Below, in pieces: positions 11,747-24,884 of a DNA stretch of 64,000 bases. A model generated the notes under the pieces. The model was not told the DNA's origin, did no database searches, and was given only the letters and a program-made list of their open reading frames with translations. The DNA lies in NCBI RefSeq assembly GCF_006345805.1, contig NC_043004.1, positions 45,322,001 through 45,386,000 on the forward strand, given 5' to 3'. This DNA comes from Octopus sinensis. Lineage: Eukaryota. Position 1 is the stretch's first letter. Every line of letters starts with the position of its first letter. A program made the position numbers and the translations under genes.

Positions 11747-12200
11747 CGTTAACAACGAGGTGGTGCTCGTGAAAAGGGAATAAAAAGGCGAAGAGAAAGG
11801 GAGCAGCCTTTTTTGCCTCACAGGCAGCTTGCTTCTAACTGCTTCATCCCACTCTCTGCTACTAGACTACCCACGCTGATTTGAATCGAGCGAAATCCTC
11901 TATACCAGTCATGGAAGGCGGCAAGACAAAAATCCTTTTTGTTCAACTTCTGTTCTGTAAAAATGTTACATGTTCATGCTGCATACGAGTGCTCTCCTCC
12001 CAGGTCGGAATAAACGTACCATGTTCACGAAGGCCTCAAAAACTCACACAAATTGTTGTTGTCTTTCATCGAATTAACTCTTACAGCTATCGAAGGATTA
12101 CCGGATATTTGATCAAAATTAGTGGGCTTTATTTAATTCCACTAAAAGTATTTGAACTCGGAACAAAAAACAGGCATAACTAAAATAACTACCAAGTAAT
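11747..12200. promoter_or_regulatory. CpG-enriched unique island, putative promoter/first-exon region
   Basis: I count 16 CpG in 11747-12160, against 2 in 11101-11700 and 3 in 12181-12780. It does not match any repeat family recurring in this window. Confidence 0.4.
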
Positions 12201-13404
12201 GTTTAGTCTGGCACTCTATGAATTTGGTAGATCAATGTTTTACTGATTTTTGTGTATGTGTGGAATAGGAGCTCGACTGCTTTGTAAGGTCAGGAAAGAA
12301 AAATATGGCTACTAGTATGCATGCGGTGGCAAAAAGCTGAAGTGATCAAGTTAACTGAGCAATTCATAGAGAAAAAGGTTGCATTGTCTTCACAGTATCA
12401 ATGGCCTACAAACTAGGGCCTACAAACTCCATCTATAGGAAACATTGGTCAATGTACTCTCAGATATACTATGGCCATGACTGAAATGTCTTAAATCACA
12501 GGTCTGAGTGAATGAATGTGTTTTGTGTAAAATATTAAATGCTAAAGACTGGTATTCAATTTTAATACTGTCTCTTTATTTATTTACTTATTTATTCATT
12601 ATTATCATTATTATTATTATTATTATTATTTTTATGTGAAAGGAAAATTAACAATTGACAAATATCCTATGTCTTTAGTAATGTACATATTGAAAAGACA
12701 ATGTTTTAATACAGGCTAAGAGCTTATCATACAGCGTAATTACCTATATGAAAGCAAAGAAATAAGAAAGTAATTTTTTGATAAAGCATAGCATAAGAAA
12801 ATCCATTATACTAGAAATGTATTTTGTTTGTTTGTTTTTTTTTTTCTTTTGTGTTTGTTTTTATCTAAGAGCAATAGTCAAACACATTATTTAGATAACA
12901 CATTCATTATTCCGATAACACATTCTTCAAAAATTCGAAATGGCTAATAAGAATTTGTACAAACAAGATCAGACAAATTCTAAAGCATCTAACCATTGAC
13001 ACGTGTTTAAACAATGTAATAAACTTACTCAACTAGTAATGTTTCCTCTTTGACTAAGCAAACTCTGTTTTATGTCTGACTTACTTTAGAAAATTCAATT
13101 AAAATCACTGAGTTTTATTTTAGAATACAAAGTTCACAAAATCAAATAAGTTTGTGTGCAGTGTGAGGAGAAGTGAATTCTAGTATTTGTGATCAGGGTG
13201 GCCCTTTGAGAGAGAAGAAATCAAGGAGTGTGTTGGAGGGATGGGTGTGAATAGGGTTGGAGAATGTAAGGAAATCGGAAGGTGAGGAGTTAGTGCGGAT
13301 GGTTAGAAGAGGTCACAACCAAGACACTGTGATGAAGAGAAAAGGAAGTGCACAGAGAGCTGAGAAGATTAGGAGTTAGAAGAGTTGAGATAAAGAATTG
13401 TGTT

Positions 13405-13703
<299 letters not shown>

Positions 13704-15512
13704 CTTAAATGCAGAGGCTGTGAAGATGAGAGAACTGAAAAAGAATTAATATTTAGAACAGTTATCTATCTTTATATTATATTTATGCAGTCAAGCACAA
13801 CTACATATACACTAGTGTATATTTATATACATATAGCGTATATATATATATACTGAATGAACTTACAAACATAGCAACACATTGTTCAGGACTTGTACAG
13901 AAGACAATTACAAAAAAACAATTGAGAATAAAGACGTGGGCGGTAGGATGTCTACCCAGACAATTCTCAGACATTCAAATCTAGAAATAGACACATTGGT
14001 ACAAGAATTTGGAAAACTTACTCTGAATAACATTATGTGACATGAGACAATTTTATACAAGATTTCCCTTACAATATCTGCATCAATGTTTTATCTAAAT
14101 GTGACAGTTTTGAGAGGGCACTAGTCTACTTGCTGAAGTTTTAAGGAATCATATTTCATCACTAGCATTGCACTATGTTCCCGAAAAAGTCATTTGATTG
14201 TCTATCTCCTTGTTTCCTAAAAACTTTAGTTGTACACTGCTGCTACTAGTGCTATACTGAATAAACATTTGAAAGTAATGTGTGTAATAAGTAGCTATTA
14301 TTTATGAAAATAGTAAATTGAGGCCATGATGATGATGATGATGATGATGTAGTTTATTGTTATCTATCATTTACTTTTCCTTTCTGTGTTACAGTTGTTG
14401 TTTGACTCCAGCTAAGCCTTTATCTAGCAGGCATATGATCAATGGACTTATAGTCATGTCTTTTGTTATTAATCATAATTCATCTAAGACTATAATGATA
14501 GTCTTAGATGCATTATGGCAATCGTGATCACATTATCATTATTATTAATCTGTTTCCTTATTGAGACAATAGAGGGTGATTTAAGAGAGATTTGGATGTT
14601 ATTTGTTTCACTGACCACACAGAAACCACTCTCTTCTGTTCTCCTTCATTGGCGTCCCTTGTTTCTAAAGAATTTGGTCATAAATTGGCAGAGAAAGGGG
14701 TCTGCCACTTTTTATTCATTTATTTATTTTGCACATCAGATGCACATGAGAGGTGAATTGACTTTCACCACTAATTGGAACCAGTTCAATTTCAACCTGC
14801 TTGATGCTTAATTAATCCTTTAATTAATGTGCACTTGAAGCATGTGAAATTGCCAATACACTATTAAGCACTAAATTTATCTCATCTGAACTATTGTAAG
14901 CTGTTAATAATTATTTCTTACTTCAGTATCACGTCGGTTTCTGATTTGGACACAAGGCCAGCAAATTTGAGAGGAAGGGAGATTAGTTGATACCACTGAA
15001 CCCCCCCCCCCAAGTTCTAGGCTGACACTTACTTTCTTGATACCAGAACAGATGCTTAGATTTGCATAATAATAATACAAGAATTGTTTTTTTTTTCTTT
15101 AGATCTAAATCAATTTAACGATGATGAAAAGTACTGTAGATCCCAACACTAATCTCAATATTAATTAATACAGTTGAATGAAGATTACAATTAGCATTTA
15201 ATTTATCAACTGACTCCAGTGAGATTTGGCTTTTGAAGTATACAAACTGTACAAAATCAAATGCTATCTAGCAATGGGTAGTTTTAATTTCTGTTCTTAG
15301 GAGTTGGCTGATCTTGGAAACTCCGCTAATCTGGCTCCCCTTAGCCCCCCCCTTCCCCAGTTACCAACCCATTACACTTGTACTGCACTAATAATTATGC
15401 CTAGTTCTTTCTTCTCTTCCCTGAACATGAATCTTTGGAACTTTCCATTCACTCCTGCCTTTCGTACAGGTGTTGACCAACAACAGTTCAAATAGAATAT
15501 TAACAGCATTAA

Positions 15513-16090
15513 ATTTTTTGATACTAACCCGCCTGAGCCGACCCTTGGTTCTATGACACAAACTTGCTCTTTACAGACACCAGCTTAATAATGAGAAAGT
15601 TATTTTTTACTAAATTCTTTGTTATTTTAAAAACTAATTGAAACGAAGTGTATATCAACGGTTTGAATGACAGTTTTTAACATCATTTCTAGGTAACTGA
15701 AAAATTTTAAACTTCGTATACTGGTAGAATGTGTTTATAAATCATCTTTTTCTCTTGGCTTTATTGAGAAAATTCTATAGTTTGTAAGATATTTGTTTTT
15801 TTCTTCAATTTGTGCAATTTCAACCAATCACTGGCATCTATTGAGGTAAAAAAACATTCTGTGCTGCATGAATATGTCCCTCGTTTAAGAAACAGATTGG
15901 GTTTATTTACATTTGTGAAGAAAAAAATGATACCTTCTCCCCACCCCTAACCCTACCCTAAATCAGATTGAAATGCAATAGATCGATACTAGGGTCATAA
16001 TTATGGGTGACAATTTCATATGACACCGCTAGAAAAAACTGCCGTTCAAACCAAAAAGATCCCAACAGAAATATGGTAGCATCAAAAGGA
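15513..16090. mobile_element. piggyBac-type MITE (P1) carrying a nested TIR element
   Basis: TTAA at 15509-15512 and 16091-16094. The left part ends gtgtatatcaac and the right part resumes aacagaaatatggtagcatcaaaagga. The joined sequence matches the reverse complement of 701-735 and the end of 33921-34142. Confidence 0.7.
15660..16063. mobile_element. Unclassified non-autonomous TIR element
   Basis: Inverted repeat ggtttgaatgacagttttt (15660-15678) / aaaaactgccgttcaaacc (16034-16052), 17/19 identical. A second inverted pair tttctag/ctagaaa is present. Apparent 3-bp duplication AAC of the host MITE. Confidence 0.65.
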
Positions 16091-16974
16091 TTAAATTCAC
16101 TGGTCTTGGAGTGCTTACAAAGGACATGGGTACTGCAAGTAAAAACGAAGTTGGGTGAATACTGTTTCTGCTGACTAACTATTTGTATACTCTCTAAACA
16201 GGTTGTCATTTGGAAGGACATCCAACTATAGTACAATACACACCTGTAACTCGTTGGATCTTGCCGAACTGGTCTAGCCCTTTCTGCATGGAAGATGGAC
16301 ATTAACAAATGATGATGATAAAAATAACAAGGTACCACACTGCTGGTATTACCAGGTGATCTATTGGTTCAATTCACTTTACATGTAATTCTGATATAAG
16401 TGCTAAACTGGCAGAGTTGCTTGAGGATCTGATAAAAGGATTTGTGACTCTCTTCATGGTTACTGGATTTGCTCAATATAATAGTCAAATCTATTTAGTG
16501 TTGGTATGGTAGGTGACAACCTAGATGATCATGGCTCAAATGTTTTCTTATATGTCTGTTGGGATCGGTTGACTTGGGGCTAAAAACAACAACAGCAATC
16601 CACAACAATTATATTTACATATCATAACAATACTTAAGTGTGTGCATCTGGATCTCTACGTGTGTTTACCGTGTGTACTTTTTAAATAGCCTTTTGTCTT
16701 GGCGTAATTTGTTTTTGTTATTGTTTTTGTCCTTTCCTATCACACTTTAGGCTTTTCTCTCTCTATCTCCTGCCCTACTTGCTCTCCCTTCCATTCCTAC
16801 TGCCACTCTCTCTCTCTTTCAGTTTCTCTCTCTCCCCATCTCATATACCCACCCCCTCTTGTTTCGCCCCCTTCCCCTATCACATCATATTAGTTTTTGT
16901 CTACTTTTGGATGTCAAACATCACTTTAGTCTGTATTCAGAATATTTGCTTGGTCACCATATAAAAATTCTACT

Positions 16975-16976
<2 letters not shown>

Positions 16977-17029
<53 letters not shown>

Positions 17030-17035
17030 CATTAT
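16977..17035. repeat. (ATT)n microsatellite
   Basis: Directly visible. Others lie at 4957-4992, 9971-10003 and 12600-12630. Confidence 0.95.
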
Positions 17036-18839
17036 TATTTATTTATTTATTTATATTATTTTATTATTCTTTGGCAGAAATCCAATCCTTTCTCCTCCAA
17101 GTCTGTGCAAATATATATTAAGTAGAGAAGTTTTCACCAGTATTGGTTGGGTGGGTGGTTGGTTTGAGGTGGTGGGCATTAATGGCTGTCGGGTAATGGT
17201 AGTAGTAAGAGGTGGTGTTGAAATTTTTGGTAATGCTTCTAGAGATATTTATTGTGGCTAGTTTTAGAGTGTTTTTTTTTGTTGTTGTTGTTGCATATGG
17301 TGTCAGTGATATTACTTTTGTAATCTCACCCACCACTTGCACTCACACTCACCCATACCCTATCACCACACCTAAAGAAACTGTTGCTGCTGCTTTTAAA
17401 TCGGTAATGATGTTGGTAGAGATGATGATATTAGTAGTAGTAGTGGTTGTGATGGTGATGGTAGTTAATGATGGAGGTAGTGGTAGTAATCATGGTGGTT
17501 TTGGTAGTAGTAGTTATACTGATGATGAGTATTGCTGTACTGATAGTGGTGGTGATGGTAGTAGTACATGTGTTAGTCATGGTAGTGGTGGTGGCAATTG
17601 TTGTAATCATAGTAATTGTAGTAAAATTGATCAAGATTTTTATGACATTGCTGGTAATGATTATGTTGATAATGATATAGCAACTGTAGAGATGCTGTAA
17701 CTGATGGTGATTGTGATAAATTGATCAAAATGTTGACGATAGTGATAGCGAGAATTTTAATTGTTGTTTAGCCCCAAGGTCAGAACCATTATCAGACAGA
17801 CTCATTATCAAAGACTTTCTAACCATGGCCATCCATCTATCTTATTTTTTTCATTTTTCCTTTCTTTCCTATTACCATTAATTTCAAATATTATATTAAC
17901 CATTTTATATTCTCCTTTAATTTGTAAGATAGTTGAGGATCTATTTTAAGGAAGATTCAGCTATCACTTCTAGCAAATTAAGTGGTTAATGACGTTGCTT
18001 GAACTCTCAGAATTGTTTCAGCAATTTCGTTTGTCTTTACATTCTGTGTTCAAATTCCGCCAAGCTCGACTTTACTTTTCATCCTTTCCTGATCGATAAA
18101 CTAAGTACCAGTTGAGCACTATGGTTAATATAATCAACTTACTCCCACACACAAAATTGCTGGCATAGTGCCAAAATTTGAAGCCAATAGTGTTGCAACC
18201 ATGTGAAGTTGAAGTACCCGCATTAAATCATAATGATGTGATGGTAATGATGATAAATGCCATCTTTTTTTATGGTGATTATGATGAAGGCTCTCTTGTT
18301 TGTAATAATTCATTTTTATGATTATGCTTCTTATTACTGGTTATCTTGTAGAATAGTTAAAATATGCTTTGCGGTATCCTCTCCCTCTTTATTATGATCA
18401 AGTCCCACCAAAATCAGCTTTGCCTTTCATCTCTTTGGGAAACAATAAAGCAAAGTATCAATCTTACCCACTGTTGCCTTACCCACTCTCCATGAAACTA
18501 CTGGTCATGCACACGAGCAGAGCAGACAAAATCATCAGAGCATTGAAAAAAAATTGCCTTGCAGCGTTTGTTTTAGTTCTTTAAGTTCTGATTTCAAATC
18601 CCACTGAGGCTAACTTCACCTTTCATCCTTTCGGATTCGACAAAATAAAGTAGCAGTCAGTTACTGGGGGTTGATGCTATCAATTTACCCCACCCTTTGC
18701 TGCAAAATTGATGGCCTTCTACATCAATTAGAAGCCACAGTTATTAATATGATGATGATGGTGATGGTTTGTTATTACGCTAAAGCTTTTAGATTAAATT
18801 CTATTTCCAAACACTTCTATAATTGTAGCTTTAATTTTT

Positions 18840-18881
<42 letters not shown>

Positions 18882-19097
18882 TATATATATTCCTTTGCTG
18901 TTCAGTTTTAAAATGCTGCCATCATTATAATCATCATCACTGTTGTAATCATAATAGTATGGGTGAAAGAGATGGGTGTGAGAGTGGCCATTAGGGTGCG
19001 GAGGTGATTTATTGACAGCCTGGACACCCTCCAAAATTGAGATGGCTTCATGAAGCTGTCAGAGCTGTTAATTCTAGGCTTATATCTATGTTGGTTC

Positions 19098-19129
<32 letters not shown>

Positions 19130-19409
19130 TTGGGTGTGTTTGTGCATGGAAATTGTGGGGCAGAAAGAAGTAACAAGTCATATGTCCAAAGAAAACATTT
19201 TCTCCTTCAGCCTGATCTGACATTTCAGGTGGTGTGTATTTAATTGAACACACACACACACACACACACACACAGATTCATACATATACTCTGTGAGTGT
19301 ACATACATTTACCTACATGCACACATTTTCATCTATGTAATGTGTGTGTCTGTATAAACTAAATATATATTTACTTTAGATTCTGTGTTGTTTGCTCAAT
19401 TAACATCTC

Positions 19410-19466
<57 letters not shown>

Positions 19467-20457
19467 AGTACATTTGTATGTCTGTGAATGTGTTCACACC
19501 CTTACATACAAACACATTCTACCATATAATAACATACGTATGGATGTGCATATTTGTATATGTGTGTACATGCACAAACACACATTTTTTACTTAACATA
19601 GAGAAGCGAGTTTTATTTCTATACTAGTCAAACACACACACACACCACACACACACACATTGTACATCATCTGGCAAACCACATGTCTTCAGTACTTCTA
19701 AGCTATTAATTAGTATGTCAGATTTTTTTACTCTCTTTTCTTTGAAAATATTATGTCAACTATATTTAAATTTAAAAAGGAAATGTTATTTACATATCAT
19801 CTTGCCTGTGATCTTATTTACAGTAATTAAAGTATATCATTTTAATAAGCAAATAATGATTTAGATGCTGGTTTAATATCATGAGAAAAAAAAAAAACTT
19901 GTAAAACTTGAATAAAAAAAAAAAGACTGTTTTGAAAATGTCTTTGTTGTATGAAATTCCGCTCCATATAGATTTCCCATATTCTTATTTTAGATTTATC
20001 TATTTATTTAGCTTCAAGACTGAAACATATAAAAGAATAACCCTGTTTGCGTAGGTTGCAAGGCTCTTCTGCTCAGCTACAACATCTCACTACTTGTTAG
20101 GTCTAGCACCCTTGTTCCCCTTTCTGCAGGGTTTTTTTCTATTTAGATTGTTTGTTCCTTTTGTACCTTAAAATCTTAATCCTTCATCCATCTCACACTT
20201 CTGTACCAGTTCTGTCTTCTATCTTAGGCATTACATTTGACTTCCCTCTTTTGCAGTTTTTCTCAGCCCAGCAAGCCAACAGAGAATGCTTGTCTCATTT
20301 CTCTTATTTCAGATTCCTTTATATATTTTCCGTATTCAATGCCCATATTTCATGACCTTGTGGCTCTATACTTCGTACACAAGAAACATACCATATATCC
20401 TTTACTCTGAGAGAGAATCTCTTTGTTGTCAAGAGAAGTAATAGCTTCCTGAACTTT

Positions 20458-20792
20458 TCAGCGCTGCCCTGACTGGCCTCCGTGCCGGTGGCACGTAAAT
20501 AGCACCATCTGATTGTGGCCGTTGCCAGCCTCGTCTGGCCTCTGTGCCGGTGGCAAGTAAAAAGCACCATCCGATTGTGGCTGTTGCTAGCCTCGTCTGG
20601 CACCTGTGCTGGTGGCACGTAAAAAGCACCCACTACACTCACAGAGTGGTTGGCATTAGGAAGGGCATCCAGTTGTAGAAACACTGCTAGATCAGACTGG
20701 AGCCTGGTGCAGCCTTCTGGTTTCCCAGACCCCAGTTGAACCATCCAACCCATGCTAGCATGGAAAGCAGACGTTAAACGATGATGATGATG
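20458..20792 (+). mobile_element. Family C retroposon (RTE-type 3' end) with internal 62-bp tandem repeat
   Basis: Ends aggaagggcatccag...catgctagcatggaaagcagacgttaaac(gat)n. Repeat units start at 20482, 20544 and 20606. Confidence 0.85.
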
Positions 20793-21498
20793 TTTGGCAT
20801 AAAGCATGTCTCCGAAGAACAAAAGAAATATAGAACAGTATTGTGTGTGTGTGTGTGTGTGTATATAGTCAGTGTTATAGTTACACTCATATATTTTTAG
20901 CAGCTTTGACAAAGATGCAATCTGACTGATAGGAAACTCTCACATGTTATAGCAATCAGAAGCCATGAACCAATGTTAGACCTTCTCTCTCACGAGCAAA
21001 GCAATTGAAATAACAATGAAGTCTCTCTCTAATGTGCTGTTATGCACTGTTGCACTGCAAAGGGTGTTAAGGTGGGTGCTCTGTGGGGTTTTAAAAATGT
21101 AATTTAAGGCTTTAGAAAATCCATATTAATATCTGAGCATTTTGACAATTTTGTTACACACAGATTTGATTACTAGAAACAAAGTAGCAAATAGTTGAAT
21201 AGCTTTTCTATAATTTTTTTTAAAAAGAGCTTTGTAATTTTAAGCATTGTTTTCATTGTTGTTTTGTCCTGTCCTAGTAATTTTTATTTTATTTTATTAC
21301 TTTCCAGTTTGCAATGAAATTATTTTGTTACTGTCTTTAAAATGGGAGAATATTTTATATGAATAGCTCTGGATAAGTAGCCTAAGGTTTGAAAAATTGA
21401 TGTGTTGGTCATGGTTAGAAATGCTTCTGATTTATTCTGTCAAACATAACTTAGAGCTTGTTGACAACAATTACTACCTGTATCTTCAATATCTTACT

Positions 21499-21500
21499 TT

Positions 21501-21576
<76 letters not shown>

Positions 21577-21625
21577 GTTGTTGCTGCTGCTGCTGTTACT
21601 ACTACTACCACCACCACCACTACCA
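21499..21625. repeat. (ACT)n microsatellite grading into GCT/ACC repeats
   Basis: About 25 ACT units, directly visible. Confidence 0.95.
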
Positions 21626-22148
21626 CCAAAACAGTATCCTTCAGTTGTCCACTTCATAGTCTACCATCATCATAGATTTGCTTTATCAGAATTGACCTGT
21701 GGCTAAACAACAACAGCTCCTACCCAACCTATTTCCCCCCTGCAAAACTTTAACATTCAATCATCTTCTGTTCTCCTTCACTTCACCTGGCTATGAAGCT
21801 GCATGAGATTGTGGGAAGGGCCTCTACCTGTTCTTTTCACCTTCTAGAAATAACAGCCAGATCTCCATCATACCATAGTCTGTTGTCCTGGGAAAGAACA
21901 AAACATTTTAAGTAATATAGTTTTTGATGTACTTTTAAAAAGGTGTAATGGCCATTGCTGGTAGACCTTTGATTATAGGTCCATTTAATTGGAGCTGACA
22001 GGGTCAGAATACAACAACAATGCCACCAAGGGCCATATTCATTGATTTCTTTCTCTGACTTAGCAATAAAATAAGTAAAATGCTTGCATACTGAACACAT
22101 TACATTAAGAAGGAGTGTGTGTGTGTGTGTGCGTGCGCACACACATAT

Positions 22149-22560
22149 AGGCGTAGGAGTGGCTGTGTGGTAAGTAGCTTGCTTACCAACCACATGGTTC
22201 CGGGTTCAGTCCCACTGCGTGGCACCTTGGGCAAGTGTCTTCTACTATAGCCTCTGGCCGACCAAAGTCTTGTGAGTGGATTTGGTAGATGGAAACTGAA
22301 AGAAGCCTGTCGTATATATGTATATATATATATATGTGTGTGTTTGTGTGTCTGTGTTTGTCCCCCCGCTGTCGCTTGACAACTGATGCTGGTGTGTTTA
22401 CATCTCCATAACTTAGCAGTTCGGCATAAGAGACCGATAGAATAAGTACTACGCTTACAGAGAATAAGTCCTGTGGTCGATTTGCTCTACTAAAGGCGGT
22501 GCTCCAGCATGGCCACAGTCAAATGACTGAAACAAGTAAAAGATTAAAGAGTAAAGAGTA
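22149..22560 (+). mobile_element. Full-length young family A SINE
   Basis: aggcgtaggagtggctgtgtggtaag ... gggttcagtccc ... ccttgggcaagt ... aagtaaaagattaaagagtaaagagta. Confidence 0.93.
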
Positions 22561-24605
22561 TATATATAACATTTCAGAAAATATGTATATATTTAAATTC
22601 AAGTTGTTTTAAAATTTTAATGAAAATAAAATGTTTAAAAATACAAGGCTAAAATAACAAAACAGTAGCAAACAATATGTGTCAACATGTATCTTTTAAT
22701 CTCTTGTTTTTATATGGAGACAAATATCAACATGTTTTTAAATATGCACACACTTCAGATACATGCAGGAGCTGGTGGGTCATGTGTCAGCTCCGCCCAG
22801 GTATTCATATCTCCTTTCTCTCCCTTCTTCTTGTCACTCAGCTTAGTCTGCTGCTAATAAATACATCCAGTTGCTTTCTTCTAGAAAGTTGGTCCTCAGA
22901 AATTCTCCCCTTTCACATGTTTTACCTGCAGCTGTCCACCTACTGTGGATTAATGGATCATTAAAGATATCAATCTTATCTTTGTCAGTGGGTCTATGAA
23001 AGCCTGAGATACAATCCCTTCCTTCAGACCAAGTTAATGGTTTCAAATTTTAGCACAATGCCAGTAATTTTTAGGGAAGGTAGGGTGAGTCCTTTACATG
23101 GAGAGCTGTATTACACTTCTACTTTATTTTATCAACCTCAAATGGCTGAAAGATAGAATTGACCTAGGCATGATTTGAGCTAGCAATGTAGAGTCCAATG
23201 AAATTCTGCTGAGCATTTCATCTGACACACTAATAATTCTGCCAGCTCACCCACTTTCCACACCAATGTAGTAAAAACCCCGAGAAAGATCAAAAATCAA
23301 TTTTAAAAAAAGCACTTATGCAATTACACATATATCAGGGACTTATTTATATTATCCACTACAAGCCTACTTCCATGAATGTCTAATTGTTGTGACCTCC
23401 TCAAGTCAACTAACAACAACCTCGGGTGACTTGCTTGATAAGCACTTGCCACTGTGATTGGTTTGGGGCAGTTCTCAGCCATGGGGTGATAAGACTCATT
23501 GCCCATCCATTGGCTTATGTTCATGCGTTCATGCAAATATATTTGCATATACACTTTCTTAAATACACACACGTGTAAAGCATATAAGTGTTCTCCCTCT
23601 CCTCTAAAAAAAATTAAAATAAAAAATGGTTCTTTGTAAAATAAATTCATATTTACAAATACACAGGCAAACATACACATACTGATAACACAGATTCATA
23701 TTGACACAAGAAAATGCTTGTTGACATACACATATACACAATTATACAAATGCATCCACGTATAAAACAAGTACGTACTCTCTTTTAACTCCTGACTGTT
23801 TTATATGATAATAAAAAAGAATGCATAAAAATGCAAATTCACGCAAACATATTCATAAACACACTTATTCACACAGACATTGACAGAGACACACATGCTC
23901 CACCCCTGCTTGAATCACTGTCTGTCTCTATCAATCTCAGACACAGATATCTACACGCATTTCAACTAAATCCACAGAAACCCCCCTTTTATTTTTTTTC
24001 ATGCATGCACATCAATACATTCTGCTGCCAGTACATATATTTATGTGTGTGACTGCATGCACACGCACACACACTTGCACGCACACACAAACACACACGC
24101 ACACACACTCACACACATGTACGTTCTAAAATAAGGTTCCTGCAGGAAGGGGACAGACCACAAATTAAAGCAAGCTGTCTTCAGAATGACTTTCTCATCA
24201 AAGTAAACAGTGAGTCACTATCAAAACACATCTCCCACCACCACCACCACCACCACCACCATTAATTCATTGCAGTAACTGCTAAGCTATTACCACTATG
24301 TTTGCAACCGTAATTACCACAACCATCACCTCTACAACCTGTTACCTCCACACTGCAGTTGTCAGAATCCCCTTCTTCTAGTGCTGCGATTACCACAAGA
24401 CAAAAAAAAGCAGCCCTTTTTGTGCCAGCTCAGTCTGCTAGAAATAGCAGCCAAATTTTATTTAAATCATACTTTACAGTCTTAAAAAAAGAAGTTATTG
24501 AGACTAAGACAGCGTTGAATCATGAAGTGTTAAATATGTGGCCACTTACAGCACTGAAATTCCCCTCGAAGGAAAATGTACGTTAGTTAACGTAGTTCTA
24601 GGTCA

Positions 24606-24870
24606 TGATGATGATCATCATCATCATTTCTTAATGCCCAGTTTTCCATGCTTGCACATGTCTGATGGAATTTGTTGAGGCAGAATTTCTATGGCTGGAT
24701 ACCCTTCCTATCACCAACTCTCAACTATTTCCAAGCAGAGTAATATTTCCTCATGATCGGACGTGTTTTCACAGAATATTGGCCACACACAACATCGCTT
24801 TTATAACAGTGACACTCATTTACAACTATTGCACAGTGTCAAGACAAGGAGACACACAGACACACTTATA
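24606..24870 (-). mobile_element. Older family C-related retroposon (C2)
   Basis: (cat)n tail then ttttccatgcttg...ggatacccttcctatcaccaac. Related copies lie at 42676-42950, 43325-43530, 44290-44535 (+) and 57640-57830 (+). Confidence 0.65.
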
Positions 24871-24884
24871 TACATGCACACATC

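Noticed and set aside
15945-15962. Interstitial telomeric repeat (also 47747-47763)
   Set aside because: Only 2-3 imperfect TTAGGG units, inside a transposon or a low-complexity tract.
15958-16338. 126-aa minus-strand ORF
   Set aside because: It runs across a family C-like tail, the MITE end and the nested TIR element.
17212-17700. Gly/Ser/Val-rich and poly-Thr/Ser/Leu ORFs (also 21397-21706, 3267-3553, 47758-48101)
   Set aside because: They are trinucleotide low-complexity DNA that is open in several frames, with no splice or domain support.
20482-20630. CRISPR-like array (also 58842-58960)
   Set aside because: The units are contiguous with no unique spacers, the context is eukaryotic and there are no cas genes.
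20319-20912. 197-aa minus-strand ORF
   Set aside because: It is the antisense of the family C retroposon and its tandem array.
23324-23680. 118-aa minus-strand ORF
   Set aside because: The N-terminus is microsatellite-derived, there is no recognisable domain and the splice context is not convincing.
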